A stretch of DNA of 64,000 nt from Candidatus Latescibacterota bacterium (GTDB lineage Bacteria > Latescibacterota > UBA2968). Both the position numbers and the translations under genes were made by a program. The DNA lies in assembly GCA_965204375.1 (NCBI GenBank), contig OZ241986.1, positions 5,888,001 through 5,952,000 on the forward strand, written 5' to 3'. Shown piece after piece: positions 36,255 through 46,584 of the stretch (position 1 is the first letter of the stretch; each line of letters opens with the position of its first letter). The notes under the pieces were generated by a model. That model worked only from the letters and a program-made list of their open reading frames with translations. It had not been told where the DNA came from and did no database searches.

Positions 36255-36374
36255 ATTTTCAATTTTTAGAGGGTCATATCTTGTCTTTTTTTTCTAAAAG
36301 GTCTATTATCTATCGGTTTGTCGCAAGTTGGTCTCAAATGTCACTACTTTTTTACTTTATATACTGAATTTTTT

Positions 36375-37886
36375 ATGCTTCGATATATCCGAGTGTCTTT
36401 ATTGGCCTGCTTCCTTTTGTCGTGTGCGGCACATGCGCCTGCTTTAACAGAGACTTATGTGGTGCAAAGAGGGGATTCTCTGTGGGAAATTGCCGATCAG
36501 TTTTCCATGAGTGTGGCCGAACTCAAGCGGAGCAATGGGTTAAAGTCGCATCACATTTATCCCGGACAAAGACTGCTCATTCGCTCACAAAGGCTTCCCA
36601 TGCGCTCCTCCAGTGGGGTAGAATACGTGGTGAGAAGGGGAGATTCGCTTTCTAAAATCGCCGCGCGGTTTTCTATGAGTGTGTCCGAACTGAAGCGTAT
36701 CAATGGTTTGAGGTCGAATAATATTTATCCCGGACAAAGGCTTCGTATCCGCTCTTCTGCAGCGCAACCGTCTCGCTCCCGTTCTTATACTGAGCAATCG
36801 TCTCGCACCACAGTGCAACCGTCTCGCTCCCGTCCATCTTCTGGCTACGTAGAAATGGACTATGTGGTGAGAAGGGGGGATACACTTTCTAAAATTGCCG
36901 CACAATATTCTATGGGCCTGACTGAACTCAAGCGGAGCAATGGTATCCGGGCAGATCGCATTTATGTGGGCCAGAGGTTAAAGATACGGACTCGGTTAAC
37001 AAAGATCACGATGGATAATGGGCCGTATTATTTTTATCGTCCCAAAGCTGCTGTGCAACGCAGTCGGAGATATCGGGAAGTGCCCCCCAAAAAGCCGATT
37101 GAAGATTATAGGAGTGCCCGCAATTTGATGGGCGTGTTTAATGCAAATATTAATTCTGATATGCGTCGAGATAGCCGATCACAGCCGTTGAAAGGCTGGC
37201 GCATTGTGCTCGACCCGGGGCATGGTGGACGCGACCCGGGTGCTATTGTTTCCAATTTAGATGGCAATAATCGTTCGGTTTATGTGGTCGAAGACGAATT
37301 TGTTTACGATATCGCGTTGCGTTTGTACCAAAAACTGAGGCTTGCAGGTGCCGAGGTGGAGATGACGGTGATTAGTCCAAATCATCTCATTCGGGAAAAT
37401 AATCCGCCTGCAAGGACGTTTGTACACGAACAAAACGAAGTCTATAACGATGTAAGTGTCAACAGAAGAAATAGTTTTTCAGTGCGTCCGGGGCTTGATA
37501 ATATTGTACAGCGGGTAAAAATAGCCAACCGTTTCTTTGCAAGGCGCGGGAAGACTCTGTTTATATCCCTGCATGCAGACAACACGCCCAATCGCTCAAA
37601 GGGTCCGCTGGTTATTTATTGGAGCAGGCGCGGGAAGATCGATTCCCGGTCCCGGTCATTTGCGCGGATTATGGAAAGGGCACTCGATCTGCCAGATGTG
37701 CCCGCTCAAATTGGGGGACGCAATCTGGCGGTGTTGCGGGGCAATCTGGCGCAGGCAGAAATTCTGGTGGAGATACGCAATGTACACCATAAAGGCGAAG
37801 CATGGGCATTGCGGTCCCACAAGAGGCGCGACTCCGATGCGAATCGAATTTTTCGCGGGATATTAAATTACGCGAAGAGGTATTAG
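36375..37886 (+). CDS. 3xLysM + N-acetylmuramoyl-L-alanine amidase (Amidase_3)
   Basis: Signal peptide; three YVV.RGD.L..IA LysM repeats; VLDPGHGG, SLHAD, LVE. Confidence 0.92.
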   Translation: MLRYIRVSLLACFLLSCAAHAPALTETYVVQRGDSLWEIADQFSMSVAELKRSNGLKSHHIYPGQRLLIRSQRLPMRSSSGVEYVVRRGDSLSKIAARFSMSVSELKRINGLRSNNIYPGQRLRIRSSAAQPSRSRSYTEQSSRTTVQPSRSRPSSGYVEMDYVVRRGDTLSKIAAQYSMGLTELKRSNGIRADRIYVGQRLKIRTRLTKITMDNGPYYFYRPKAAVQRSRRYREVPPKKPIEDYRSARNLMGVFNANINSDMRRDSRSQPLKGWRIVLDPGHGGRDPGAIVSNLDGNNRSVYVVEDEFVYDIALRLYQKLRLAGAEVEMTVISPNHLIRENNPPARTFVHEQNEVYNDVSVNRRNSFSVRPGLDNIVQRVKIANRFFARRGKTLFISLHADNTPNRSKGPLVIYWSRRGKIDSRSRSFARIMERALDLPDVPAQIGGRNLAVLRGNLAQAEILVEIRNVHHKGEAWALRSHKRRDSDANRIFRGILNYAKRY

Positions 37887-37890
37887 GATA

Positions 37891-40077
37891 TTACGGAGAA
37901 AATCGCTTTAGGCGCAGGGCATTGGTGACAACGGAGACAGAAGAGAGGGCCATAGCAGCTGCGGCGAGCATGGGACCACCCAGGGGATTGAGCAGGCCCA
38001 ACGCAGCAACGGGAATGAGAAGGGTGTTGTAGGCAAATGCCCAGAAGAGATTTTGGCGAATGATGCGCATGGTTTGCCGCGATAGCCGGATAGATGTGGC
38101 TATGGCCGATAGGTTACCCGACATGAGGATCATGCCCGCGCTTTCTATGGCAATGTCTGTGCCCGAACTCAGGGCGATGCCGACATTGGCCTGGGCGAGT
38201 GCAGGGGCGTCGTTGATGCCATCGCCAACCATGCCTACATTTACATTTTTTTTCTGGAGTTGCGCGACTTTGTGAGCTTTGTCCTGGGGCATGACCTCGG
38301 CAAAGACCTGATCGATGTTGAGCTGTTGCCCAATGGCTTTGGCCGTGCGCGCATTGTCGCCTGTCACGAGGGAGACTTCAAGGCTCAGGTACTGGAGGTC
38401 TCGAACGGCTTGCGCGGCGTCGGCTTTCAGGTTGTCTGAAATGGCGATGAGGCCCGCAGGCTGATCATCGATGGTGACGAATACGGCGGTTTTGCCCTCG
38501 GCTTCGAGTTTTTCGGCTGGATATTTTGCGCGGTCAGATATGGTGCGTGGGTTGCCGAGCACGACGCGCTGTCCGTCAATTGTAGCGGCAATACCAACGC
38601 CGGGTATGGCTTCAAAATCTGTGGTTGGATGCAGGGAGAGGCCGGCTTCTTGCGCGGCGCGAACAATGGCTTCGCCAAGGGGGTGTTCCGATCCTTTTTC
38701 TGCAGAGGCTGCGAGTTTGAGTATGTGATTGCGGTGGTAATTTTCTGCGGGGATAATATCGGTGACAGTGGGTTTGCCCTCTGTTAGCGTGCCTGTTTTG
38801 TCCAGGACAATGGCATTGAGGCGGTGTGCATTTTCGAGCACATCGCCTCCTTTTATGAGGATGCCGAGTTGCGCGCCCCGTCCTGTGCCGACTGCGATGG
38901 CAGTGGGGGTGGCCAATCCCATTGCACAAGGGCATGCGATGATGAGGACGACTACGGCATTGATGAGAGCGGTTTCGATTCCAAAGCCAAAAATCCACCA
39001 CAGGGCGCAGGTCAGCAGGGCGATGGCGAATATGATCGGGACAAAGATACTGGCGACGCGGTCGGCGAGATGTTGTATGGGTGCTTTAGATCCCTGTGCT
39101 TGTCGCACGAGATCAATGATTTGAGACAAGACTGTATCGGCACCGATCTGTGTTGCTTTGAAGATAAAACTACCGGTTGTGTTGCGCGTTCCGCCTGTGA
39201 CTGTGTCGCCTAATTGTTTGTCAACGGGTAAGGATTCGCCCGTGAGCATGGATTCGTCAATTGCGGATTGTCCATTTTGTATGAGGCCATCGACAGGGAT
39301 GTTTTCACCGGGCCGAACGCGAATGTGATCGCCGACCTGGATGTGTTCAACGGGTGTTTCAACATCCCGACCGTTGCGAACGATGTGGGCGGTTTTGGGG
39401 CGCAGGTTGAGGAGTTTTCGGATGGCGGACGATGTTTGGCCCCTGGCGCGCGTTTCGAGCAGACGACCGAGCAGGACGAGTGTAATGATCATGGCAGAGG
39501 TGTCGAAGTAGGTCTGGATGTTCTGCGTGCCGAGTGGGGCAAAGGTTACTGCGGTGCTGTAAAAATAAGCGGCGAGGGTTCCCGCAGCTATCAGGCTGTT
39601 CATGTCGGCTGTGCGATGGCGCAGTGCAGCCCATGCCCCTTTGAGAAAACGCCAGCCACATAAGAATTGAACTGGTGTGGCCAATGCAAAGAGCAATATG
39701 TGAATGTAATGGGGAGGTGTGTTCGCGCCCCACATGGTGCGGGTCATGCCCGTCGCCATGATGAGTGCGGAGAAGATTGCGGCGACAGTGAATAGAGAAC
39801 GCAACTTGCGATATTCGATGGTGCGTTCGATTTGCTCGGTGTCTTCCGAAGTGTGAGAAGAGGCTTTGTAACCCGCACTGGAGACGGCATTTACGAGCGT
39901 GCCTAACGGGACGGCTTTGTGATGAACCGTGGCCTGATGGGTGGCAAAGTTGACCTGGGCATCTGCGACGCCGGAGATGGTCTTGAGGGCATCTTCAACC
40001 CGCGCCACACAGGCGGCACAACTCATGCCTTCGATGGAGAGGGTCAGGGTTTGTATGGGATGTTCGGTTTTTGTCAT
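37891..40077 (-). CDS. copA: Cu(I)-type heavy-metal P1B ATPase
   Basis: GMSCAAC, TGES, CPC, DKTGT, HP, GDGIND, YN and MxxSS. Confidence 0.92.
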   Translation of the reverse strand: MTKTEHPIQTLTLSIEGMSCAACVARVEDALKTISGVADAQVNFATHQATVHHKAVPLGTLVNAVSSAGYKASSHTSEDTEQIERTIEYRKLRSLFTVAAIFSALIMATGMTRTMWGANTPPHYIHILLFALATPVQFLCGWRFLKGAWAALRHRTADMNSLIAAGTLAAYFYSTAVTFAPLGTQNIQTYFDTSAMIITLVLLGRLLETRARGQTSSAIRKLLNLRPKTAHIVRNGRDVETPVEHIQVGDHIRVRPGENIPVDGLIQNGQSAIDESMLTGESLPVDKQLGDTVTGGTRNTTGSFIFKATQIGADTVLSQIIDLVRQAQGSKAPIQHLADRVASIFVPIIFAIALLTCALWWIFGFGIETALINAVVVLIIACPCAMGLATPTAIAVGTGRGAQLGILIKGGDVLENAHRLNAIVLDKTGTLTEGKPTVTDIIPAENYHRNHILKLAASAEKGSEHPLGEAIVRAAQEAGLSLHPTTDFEAIPGVGIAATIDGQRVVLGNPRTISDRAKYPAEKLEAEGKTAVFVTIDDQPAGLIAISDNLKADAAQAVRDLQYLSLEVSLVTGDNARTAKAIGQQLNIDQVFAEVMPQDKAHKVAQLQKKNVNVGMVGDGINDAPALAQANVGIALSSGTDIAIESAGMILMSGNLSAIATSIRLSRQTMRIIRQNLFWAFAYNTLLIPVAALGLLNPLGGPMLAAAAMALSSVSVVTNALRLKRFSP

Positions 40078-40097
40078 GGGCAGTTGTGAAAGCTATT

Positions 40098-41216
40098 TTA
40101 TTTGAGGTTTTCGGGGTTTAGCCCTTTGAGGTCCTCTACGACAAAACGTCCGTCTTTGCGAATGCACTCGTCGTCGAAGTAGATTTCTCCACCGCCGTAT
40201 TCGGGGGTTTGGATGAAGACCATGTCCCAGTGTACGGCAGAGCGGTTGCCGTTGTCTGCGTCATCTTGATAGGCATTGCCAGGTGTAAAGTGGAATGATC
40301 CCGATATTTTTTCGTCGAAGAGAATATCGAGCATAGGCGATGTGATATAGGGGTTGAATGCGATGGCAAATTCGCCAATATAACGCGCGCCTGCATCGGT
40401 GTCGAGAATATCGTTGAGTTTATCGGTATCATTTGCGGTCGCGTCGATGATTTTACCCGCTTGAAAGGTCAGTTTGATATCTGAAAATGTCGTACCGCGA
40501 TAGATGGTGGGAACGTTGAAATGGATGTGACCTTTTACGGAATGTTTAACCGGTGCGGTGAAACACTCGCCATCGGGGATGTTCCGAAGTCCCGTACACG
40601 GTCTGACTGGTATGTTTTTGATGCTAAAGGATAGATCGGTATCGACTCCTGTGATGCGCACGCGCTCGGTTCGTTCCATGCGGTTTTGGAGGGGTACGAC
40701 CGCTTCGGCCATTTTGCCATAGTCGAGCGTGCAGACGTCAAAGTAAAAATCTTCAAAAGCTTCAGTACTTTGTTGTGCCTGTTGTGCCATAGAAGGCGTG
40801 GGCCATCGCAAGACTACCCATTTGGTATGCGGTACACGGATAGCAAAATGCACGGGTTTGAGCCAGTGTTTTTCGTAAATATTCATCGCGGTGCTGGATA
40901 CATCTGATAATTCTGAGATGTTGCGGCTGCCGCGCAGACCGATATAGGCCTGTACTCGCTTCATTCGGAAGGCTTCGTAATCGCCTGCTTGTTGCATAGT
41001 GGCGACATCTCCTGCATGGATGAGTTCGCGTTGGATGCGGTTATTTTTTATGGATATTAGGGGAATACCGCCAACTTCGCGCACTTTGCGAATGAGTGCA
41101 ATGATCATGTCTTCGGGCATGTCGTAGCCCTGGATGAGGACGGTTTCGCCCGCTTGTAATTTTGTGGAGTGGCGAATTAAGACATCGGCGAGTTTTTCAA
41201 GGCGAGGGTCTTGCAT
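40098..41216 (-). CDS. M29 (AmpS/aminopeptidase T) aminopeptidase
   Basis: NIPDGECFTAP, IGEFA, ILFDEKI..SFH..PG.AY, SAVHWD. Confidence 0.92.
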   Translation of the reverse strand: MQDPRLEKLADVLIRHSTKLQAGETVLIQGYDMPEDMIIALIRKVREVGGIPLISIKNNRIQRELIHAGDVATMQQAGDYEAFRMKRVQAYIGLRGSRNISELSDVSSTAMNIYEKHWLKPVHFAIRVPHTKWVVLRWPTPSMAQQAQQSTEAFEDFYFDVCTLDYGKMAEAVVPLQNRMERTERVRITGVDTDLSFSIKNIPVRPCTGLRNIPDGECFTAPVKHSVKGHIHFNVPTIYRGTTFSDIKLTFQAGKIIDATANDTDKLNDILDTDAGARYIGEFAIAFNPYITSPMLDILFDEKISGSFHFTPGNAYQDDADNGNRSAVHWDMVFIQTPEYGGGEIYFDDECIRKDGRFVVEDLKGLNPENLK

Positions 41217-41317
41217 GGACTCTCCTGGGGATGATTGCGGTTGATGTTGATATGGAAATAAAAATAATATATGCTATGTTAGCAACCCCCATTATTGAAA
41301 TAAAACAGGTAGATCAC

Positions 41318-42088
41318 ATGAAATTTAGACCGTGTATTGATTTGAAAGATGGCCGGGTTGTACAAATCGTGGGGGACACGTTGCGCGATGGGGAAACCCA
41401 GCGCGCGGTGACGAATTTTGAGACCGAACGCTCTCCTGCGGATTATGCACGGCTGTATCGCGAGGATGGATTTTGGGGCGGCCATGTGATTGCGCTTGGG
41501 CCGGGCAATGAAGCGGCGGCGTTGGAGGCTCTGGAGGCGTTTCCCGGGGGTCTGCATATGGGTGGGGGTATCACGCCACATAATGCGGAAAAATTTTTGC
41601 GCGCGGGTGCAAGTCATGTGATTGTGACGTCTTATGTTTTCCGCGATGGGCAAATTGATATGAGGCGGTTGGATGAGATGATACGGGCTGTGGGCAAAGA
41701 GCGTTTGGTTCTGGATTTGAGTTGTCGAAGGCGCGGTGATGATTATGTTGTTGTAACGGATCGCTGGCAAAGATTCACGGATGTGACTGTCGGTGAGGAG
41801 ACTTTGAGTGCGTTGGCCGGTTATTGTGCTGAGTTTTTGGTGCATGGAGTTGATGTAGAGGGCAAACGCGCAGGTGTAGAAGAACCTCTGGTGGAATTAT
41901 TGGGCAAATGGTCACCCGTGCCGGTAACTTATGCAGGTGGCGTGCGAGAGCTATCGGATATGCACCGCGTCAATGTGCTGGGCCAGGGTCGGGTAGATCT
42001 GACTATTGGCAGTGCGCTGGATATTTTTGGGGGCGATGTGGCGTATCGCGATGTTGTGGCATGGGCGAGGGGGAAGAGTGAAGTGTGA
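41318..42088 (+). CDS. hisA: phosphoribosylformimino-AICAR-P isomerase, HIS6 (eukaryote-like) type
   Basis: KFRPCIDL..G.V.QIVG, GGHVI.LG, GASHVIVTSYVF, LDLSCR, HGVDVEG, DLTIGSALDIFGG. Confidence 0.92.
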   Translation: MKFRPCIDLKDGRVVQIVGDTLRDGETQRAVTNFETERSPADYARLYREDGFWGGHVIALGPGNEAAALEALEAFPGGLHMGGGITPHNAEKFLRAGASHVIVTSYVFRDGQIDMRRLDEMIRAVGKERLVLDLSCRRRGDDYVVVTDRWQRFTDVTVGEETLSALAGYCAEFLVHGVDVEGKRAGVEEPLVELLGKWSPVPVTYAGGVRELSDMHRVNVLGQGRVDLTIGSALDIFGGDVAYRDVVAWARGKSEV

Positions 42089-42144
42089 AGAAAGAAGTGA
42101 GAAGTGTGAAGGGTGAAATGGTAGGGGCGAGGCAGGTCTCGCCC
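42080..42144. repeat. degenerate GAAGT heptamers plus minimal GTAG REP
   Basis: GAAGTGT-GAAGAAA-GAAGTGA-GAAGTGT-GAAGGGT, then GTAGGGGCGAG-GCAGGT-CTCGCCC. Confidence 0.65.
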
Positions 42145-42161
42145 ATCATCACGGCAGGGTT

Positions 42162-43160
42162 ATGGATCGTTTTAAGGACATAGGAGAGTTCGGATTTATT
42201 GATCGCATTGCCGCGCACGCACAGCGCAATCGGGTTCTGTGTGGAATCGGAGATGACTGCGCGGTTATGGCTGCCGGTCAGGAGCGCGTGCGATTGGTGA
42301 CGGTTGATGCGATGGTTGAGGGCGTGCACTTTCTGTCGCAGGCACCGCCAGAAGGCGTGGGGTACAAATTACTGGCTGCGAGTTTATCCGATGTGGCTGC
42401 TATGGGCGGGAAACCAACAGATGCTGTTGTGGCGGTTAGTGCGTCGGGTGATTGTGATGTGGGTTATGTGGATCGAATTTACAACGGGCTTTTTGCCTGT
42501 GCAGATCGGTTTGATGTGGCTGTTGTGGGGGGGGATACAACGCGCACGTCTGGTGCGCTGGTTTTGAGTTTGACGCTTACGGGTGAGATGGCGCGAGATC
42601 AGGTGTGTTATCGGTCTGGGGCGCAAGTGGGTGATGCGGTCTATGTATCGGGGACGTTGGGCGATGCTGCAGGTGGTTTGGGGGTGGTGTTGGGTGATGT
42701 GGATCTGCCGGGCAAGGTGAGAACCGCGTTGTTACAAAGGCACTATCGACCCGAGCCACGGTTGAATTTGGGACAGGCATTGGCGAAGACAGGTGCGGTG
42801 ACAGCGATGATCGATGTGTCGGATGGATTGGGTTCGGATTTGAGCCATGTTTGCCGGCAAAGTGGCGTGTCGGTTGTGATTCGGGCAGCGACGATTCCCA
42901 TGTCGCGGGCGTTTATAAAATTTTGTGAGGTGAGTGGTGAAAAAAAATTAGATCTGGCACTTACTGGAGGGGAAGATTTTGAGTTGCTATTTTCTGTGTC
43001 TCACACACAGGTCGATAAGGTTGAAGCACTGGCAGAGCAGTATTCTATTTGTCGCATTGGCGAGGTTGTAGCTGGCGATGGTCGTGTGATGATAGAAGAT
43101 GGGGATGGAAAGCGCGTGCTATTGGAAGAGTTGGGATATGATCATTTTGGGGAAGTGTGA
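42162..43160 (+). CDS. thiL: thiamine-monophosphate kinase
   Basis: GEFGFI, GIGDDCA, EGVHF, SD.AAMGG, GGDT, IDVSDGL, GGEDFEL. Confidence 0.95.
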   Translation: MDRFKDIGEFGFIDRIAAHAQRNRVLCGIGDDCAVMAAGQERVRLVTVDAMVEGVHFLSQAPPEGVGYKLLAASLSDVAAMGGKPTDAVVAVSASGDCDVGYVDRIYNGLFACADRFDVAVVGGDTTRTSGALVLSLTLTGEMARDQVCYRSGAQVGDAVYVSGTLGDAAGGLGVVLGDVDLPGKVRTALLQRHYRPEPRLNLGQALAKTGAVTAMIDVSDGLGSDLSHVCRQSGVSVVIRAATIPMSRAFIKFCEVSGEKKLDLALTGGEDFELLFSVSHTQVDKVEALAEQYSICRIGEVVAGDGRVMIEDGDGKRVLLEELGYDHFGEV

Positions 43161-43326
43161 AGTATGAAGTGTGAAGTATGAAGTGTGAAGTATGAAGTGT
43201 GAAGTATGAAGTGTGAAGTATGAAGTGTGAAGTATGAAGTGTGAAGTATGAAGTGTGAAGTATGAAGTATGAAGTGTGAAGTATGAAGTGTGAAGTATGA
43301 AGTGTGAAGTATGAAGTGTGAAGTAT
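43152..43326. repeat. 25 x heptamer tandem repeat GAAGTRT (alternating GAAGTGT/GAAGTAT)
   Basis: 175 bp counted directly; one phase slip near 43257-43270. Confidence 0.95.
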
Positions 43327-43360
43327 GATGAGGCACCAGCCTTTGGGCGGTGTTGGGTGG

Positions 43361-43408
43361 ACTTCTAACTTCTAACTTCTAACTTCTAACTTCTAACTTC
43401 TAACTTCT
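43361..43408. repeat. ~7 x heptamer ACTTCTA
   Basis: Directly visible; reverse complement TAGAAGT shares the GAAGT core. Confidence 0.95.
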
Positions 43409-43744
43409 CGTGACCACGCGTTGTCGCTGGCGTTTTTTTTCTGAACGCTGGCGTTTTTTTTCGAGGCGTTTTTCGATTGAAGATCGGTTGGGGCGGGTTT
43501 TGATGCGCGGTTTGCGCTTTTTGTTGCGTTCGTTCAAGCGGTTTTGCAAACGCTCGAGAGCGAGTTGTTTGTTGCGGTACTGTGAGCGGTGTTCTGTGGC
43601 GATGACCGTAATACCCGTGGGTATGTGGGTCGCGCGTACGGCGGTTTCAACTTTGTTGCGGTGTTGACCGCCAGGGCCAGACCCGCGCATGGTTTGAAAT
43701 TGGACATCCTTCAAGAGCGCGTTTTTGTCGGTGTTTTTAGGCAT
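43400..43744 (-). CDS. ArfB-like peptidyl-tRNA hydrolase (short release factor homologue)
   Basis: GSGPGGQHRNKVETAV GGQ motif, RSQ..N, basic C-terminal tail. Confidence 0.85.
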   Translation of the reverse strand: MPKNTDKNALLKDVQFQTMRGSGPGGQHRNKVETAVRATHIPTGITVIATEHRSQYRNKQLALERLQNRLNERNKKRKPRIKTRPNRSSIEKRLEKKRQRSEKKRQRQRVVTRS

Positions 43745-43834
43745 TTTGGATTATAAAAAATAAGCGGTCAGTTTTTAACGATCACCCCATGAGACGTGAT
43801 GGCGCAAAACTGACCGCTGAATTTTAATGACCTC

Positions 43835-45112
43835 TCAGGCCAGTCCTGCACGGCGAAGGGCGTCGGCCATGGCATTGTCGCTTTGAGACTCTTGCGTTTG
43901 TTTGGACTTAAATGCGGCCATGTCCTCAATTTCAGCCGTTTGCCTATCTTGTTCTTCAACGGCGCGCATCGAGAGTGAAATGCGCCTTTTACCCGAATCG
44001 ATTTCGCGGATCAAGGCTTTGACTTCTTGACCAACTGAAACGACTTCGCTGGGGTTTGAGATGCGTTTTCCCGAAACGAACTGCGAGATGTGGATCAGCC
44101 CCTCAATACCGGGTTCAATTTCGACAAAGGCACCGAAATTTTGGATTGAAACGACTTTGCCGGTGATGATGCTGCCCGATTGGTAGCGCTCTGCTATTGT
44201 ATCCCAGGGATCTTTTTCCAATGCTTTGATGGAGAGCGATATGCGCTCATTTTTTTTGCCCAGATTCTTGAGGCCGATTATTTTCACGCGCACTTCTTCG
44301 CCTTTTTTTAAGACACTGCGCGGATTTTCTACGCGGGTGTGGCTGATTTCCGAGACGTGTACCAGACCTTCAACGCCTCCGAGGTCAACAAAAGAGCCGA
44401 AGCGTTCTATGCGTGTAATGGTTCCCGTTCTTTCTTCACCTTCTGAGAGTTGTTGGCGCATCTCATCGGCTTTTTTGCGGTTTTCTTCTTCCAGATAAGC
44501 GCGGCGTGAAACGACGACATTGTTGCGTCCCCGCAGTTCAACAATTTTGAAGTTGTGGGTTTGGCCCGCATACGAAGCTGGATCGTCGCAATATCCCGTG
44601 TCGATTTGTGACATGGGGCAGAATGCGCGAAGGCCGCCGATATTCACCACAAGGCCTCCGGTATTGAAGCCGGTGACTTTGCCGGCGATGGGCATGTCGT
44701 TTTGGTGTGCTTGACGCAGGAGTTGACGGCTGGAAACGCGTAACGAAAATGCCAGGCGTATTTCGCCATCGGTGCTGGCGACAAAGGCTTCGATAGTATC
44801 GCCAGTTTTGTATTTTAATTCGCCCGATTCGTCGCGTAGTTCCTGGATGTCTATTGATGCTTCACTGCGTCCGCCAAAGTCGATAAAAGCTGTGGAGTCA
44901 CCGATTTCGCGGAGGGTTCCGGTGACTTTTTCGCCGGTAGAAACTTCGCGATGACTCTGCTTATCGCTTTCTTCGAGCAATGTGGCAAATTCGGTATCAG
45001 GTGTGTCTTCGGCGTATTTTTTGTCGAGTTCTTCGACAGTGGGCGCGTCGTCTGAAGGGGCATTGGCTGGTGTATCGCCAGCCGTTTCGCGTGTTGTTTC
45101 GGGGGTGCTCAT
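43835..45112 (-). CDS. S1 RNA-binding domain protein (ribosomal protein S1 paralogue, 4 S1 domains)
   Basis: Repeated FG.FV.....VEGL.H.S and RISLS motifs. Confidence 0.88.
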   Translation of the reverse strand: MSTPETTRETAGDTPANAPSDDAPTVEELDKKYAEDTPDTEFATLLEESDKQSHREVSTGEKVTGTLREIGDSTAFIDFGGRSEASIDIQELRDESGELKYKTGDTIEAFVASTDGEIRLAFSLRVSSRQLLRQAHQNDMPIAGKVTGFNTGGLVVNIGGLRAFCPMSQIDTGYCDDPASYAGQTHNFKIVELRGRNNVVVSRRAYLEEENRKKADEMRQQLSEGEERTGTITRIERFGSFVDLGGVEGLVHVSEISHTRVENPRSVLKKGEEVRVKIIGLKNLGKKNERISLSIKALEKDPWDTIAERYQSGSIITGKVVSIQNFGAFVEIEPGIEGLIHISQFVSGKRISNPSEVVSVGQEVKALIREIDSGKRRISLSMRAVEEQDRQTAEIEDMAAFKSKQTQESQSDNAMADALRRAGLA

Positions 45113-45310
45113 AGTTTGTAACCTGTGGAATCGTTTTTGAGGGATGGAGGTTGTTAGGCAGAATAAAGAATTTATAAAGGATATAAAAAATAAGCAACCA
45201 AATTTTCCTCCTCAGGTGAGCGTTTAAATTCATCTCGATCTTGTGCCTGCCAAAAAAAAGTAACATTTTGATCTGTGTGATGTGTTAAAAAATAAAGCGA
45301 TGGGTTGTTT

Positions 45311-45778
45311 ATGGACGTCGAATTGTTATATCAAAAATACGGTCCCATGGTGTTGCGGTGCTGTCGGCGGTTGTTGCGAGATGAAGATCGCGCCATGGAT
45401 GCCATGCAAGATGTTTTTGTGCGGGTATTGCAACGCGGGGATCATTTGAAAGTGACCTATCCGTCGAGTTTGCTATATCGCATTGCGACCAATGTGTGTT
45501 TGAATCGCATTCGAGACCAGCGGCTCGATCTGCCGGGTGATGAGAAGTTGATACACATTGCTGGGATTGAAGATATGGAATCGCGGTTGGATGCTCGGGC
45601 GATGCTGGACCGGCTTTTTGCCCGGCACAGAGATTCGACGCGAACAATTGCGGTTTTACATTTTGTGGATGGGTTAACATTGGCAGAAGTCGCTCGGGAG
45701 GTTGGGATGTCGGTTTCTGGGGTGCGAAAACGGTTGCGGAGGTTGAGAGAATCGCTGGAGAAGCTGGAGGAACTATGA
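45311..45778 (+). CDS. ECF sigma factor
   Basis: AMDAMQDVF, LYRIATNVCLN, DGLTLAEVA..VG.S..GVRKRL. Confidence 0.9.
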   Translation: MDVELLYQKYGPMVLRCCRRLLRDEDRAMDAMQDVFVRVLQRGDHLKVTYPSSLLYRIATNVCLNRIRDQRLDLPGDEKLIHIAGIEDMESRLDARAMLDRLFARHRDSTRTIAVLHFVDGLTLAEVAREVGMSVSGVRKRLRRLRESLEKLEEL

Positions 45779-46539
45779 CGAGGCGACGCGATATTTCCGA
45801 TTGGAAGCTGGAGCGTTTTCGGCTAAATGAATTGCCGGACGAAGAAATGAGAGCCATTCAAAAGGTGCTGGATGAGGATCCGAATTTGAGAGCGCGTCTG
45901 GAGGCACTGGAAGGGTCAGATCGAGAAATTCACGCGTCCTATCCGACTGATTGGGTTGCGCGGCAGGTTGCGCGCCGGTCGGAGAGGCGAGGGGTGCCGA
46001 GTATATCGCGGTTCGGTCCGCGTTTGGCATTGGCCGCGGTGGTGTTGCTCGCCGTTGTTTTTTCGATCTATTTGCCGGGGCCTGAAGTGCCACCAGCCTG
46101 GGATCGGAAAGGCATGGATGGCATTCGGTTAAAAGGCGTAAAGCCGGATTTGTTGTTGTATCGAAAAAGAGTGTCTGAGGTTGAACAATTGGCGGATAGC
46201 AGTGTGGCTTATGCAGGCGATTTGATTCAGATTTTTTATCGCGCAGCGGGCAAGCCTTTTGGGGTGATTGTGTCTGTGGATGGGCGCGGGACTGTGACGC
46301 GGCATTTGCCCGCAGCGGGAACGAGATCCGTGCGCTTGATACAGGGCGATCCCGTGCCGCTGGATTATTCTTATGAATTGGATGATGCCCCAAAGTGGGA
46401 GCGGTTTTATTTTTTGACAGCAGATACGTCTTTTGACGTGCGCGATGTGGCGCAAGCGGCAGAGGGCGGTCCCGATTCATTGAGGGTGGGAAGAGAAATT
46501 GAGCAATTTGCCATTACGCTTTACAAAGGGGGCAGGTGA
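45775..46539 (+). CDS. putative anti-sigma factor (ActD-like, single TM)
   Basis: DWKLERF.L.EL N-terminus, TM, IRLKG, SVDGRG, YELDDAP.WERF; ATGA overlap with sigma. Confidence 0.75.
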   Translation: MTRRRDISDWKLERFRLNELPDEEMRAIQKVLDEDPNLRARLEALEGSDREIHASYPTDWVARQVARRSERRGVPSISRFGPRLALAAVVLLAVVFSIYLPGPEVPPAWDRKGMDGIRLKGVKPDLLLYRKRVSEVEQLADSSVAYAGDLIQIFYRAAGKPFGVIVSVDGRGTVTRHLPAAGTRSVRLIQGDPVPLDYSYELDDAPKWERFYFLTADTSFDVRDVAQAAEGGPDSLRVGREIEQFAITLYKGGR

Positions 46540-46584
46540 TGTTGCGTCGATGGATAATATTGTTGGGGATTGGGCTGCTGTTAT
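46539..46584 (+). pseudogene. 5' stub (signal peptide) of a gene truncated at the IS left end
   Basis: MLRRWIILLGIGLLL, coupled to the anti-sigma stop, ends at TTAT. Confidence 0.55.

Noticed and set aside
43152-43408. CRISPR array, or the 64-aa ORF 43142-43336
   Set aside because: Pure heptamer tandem repeat with no unique spacers and no cas genes; the ORF is just the repeat translation.
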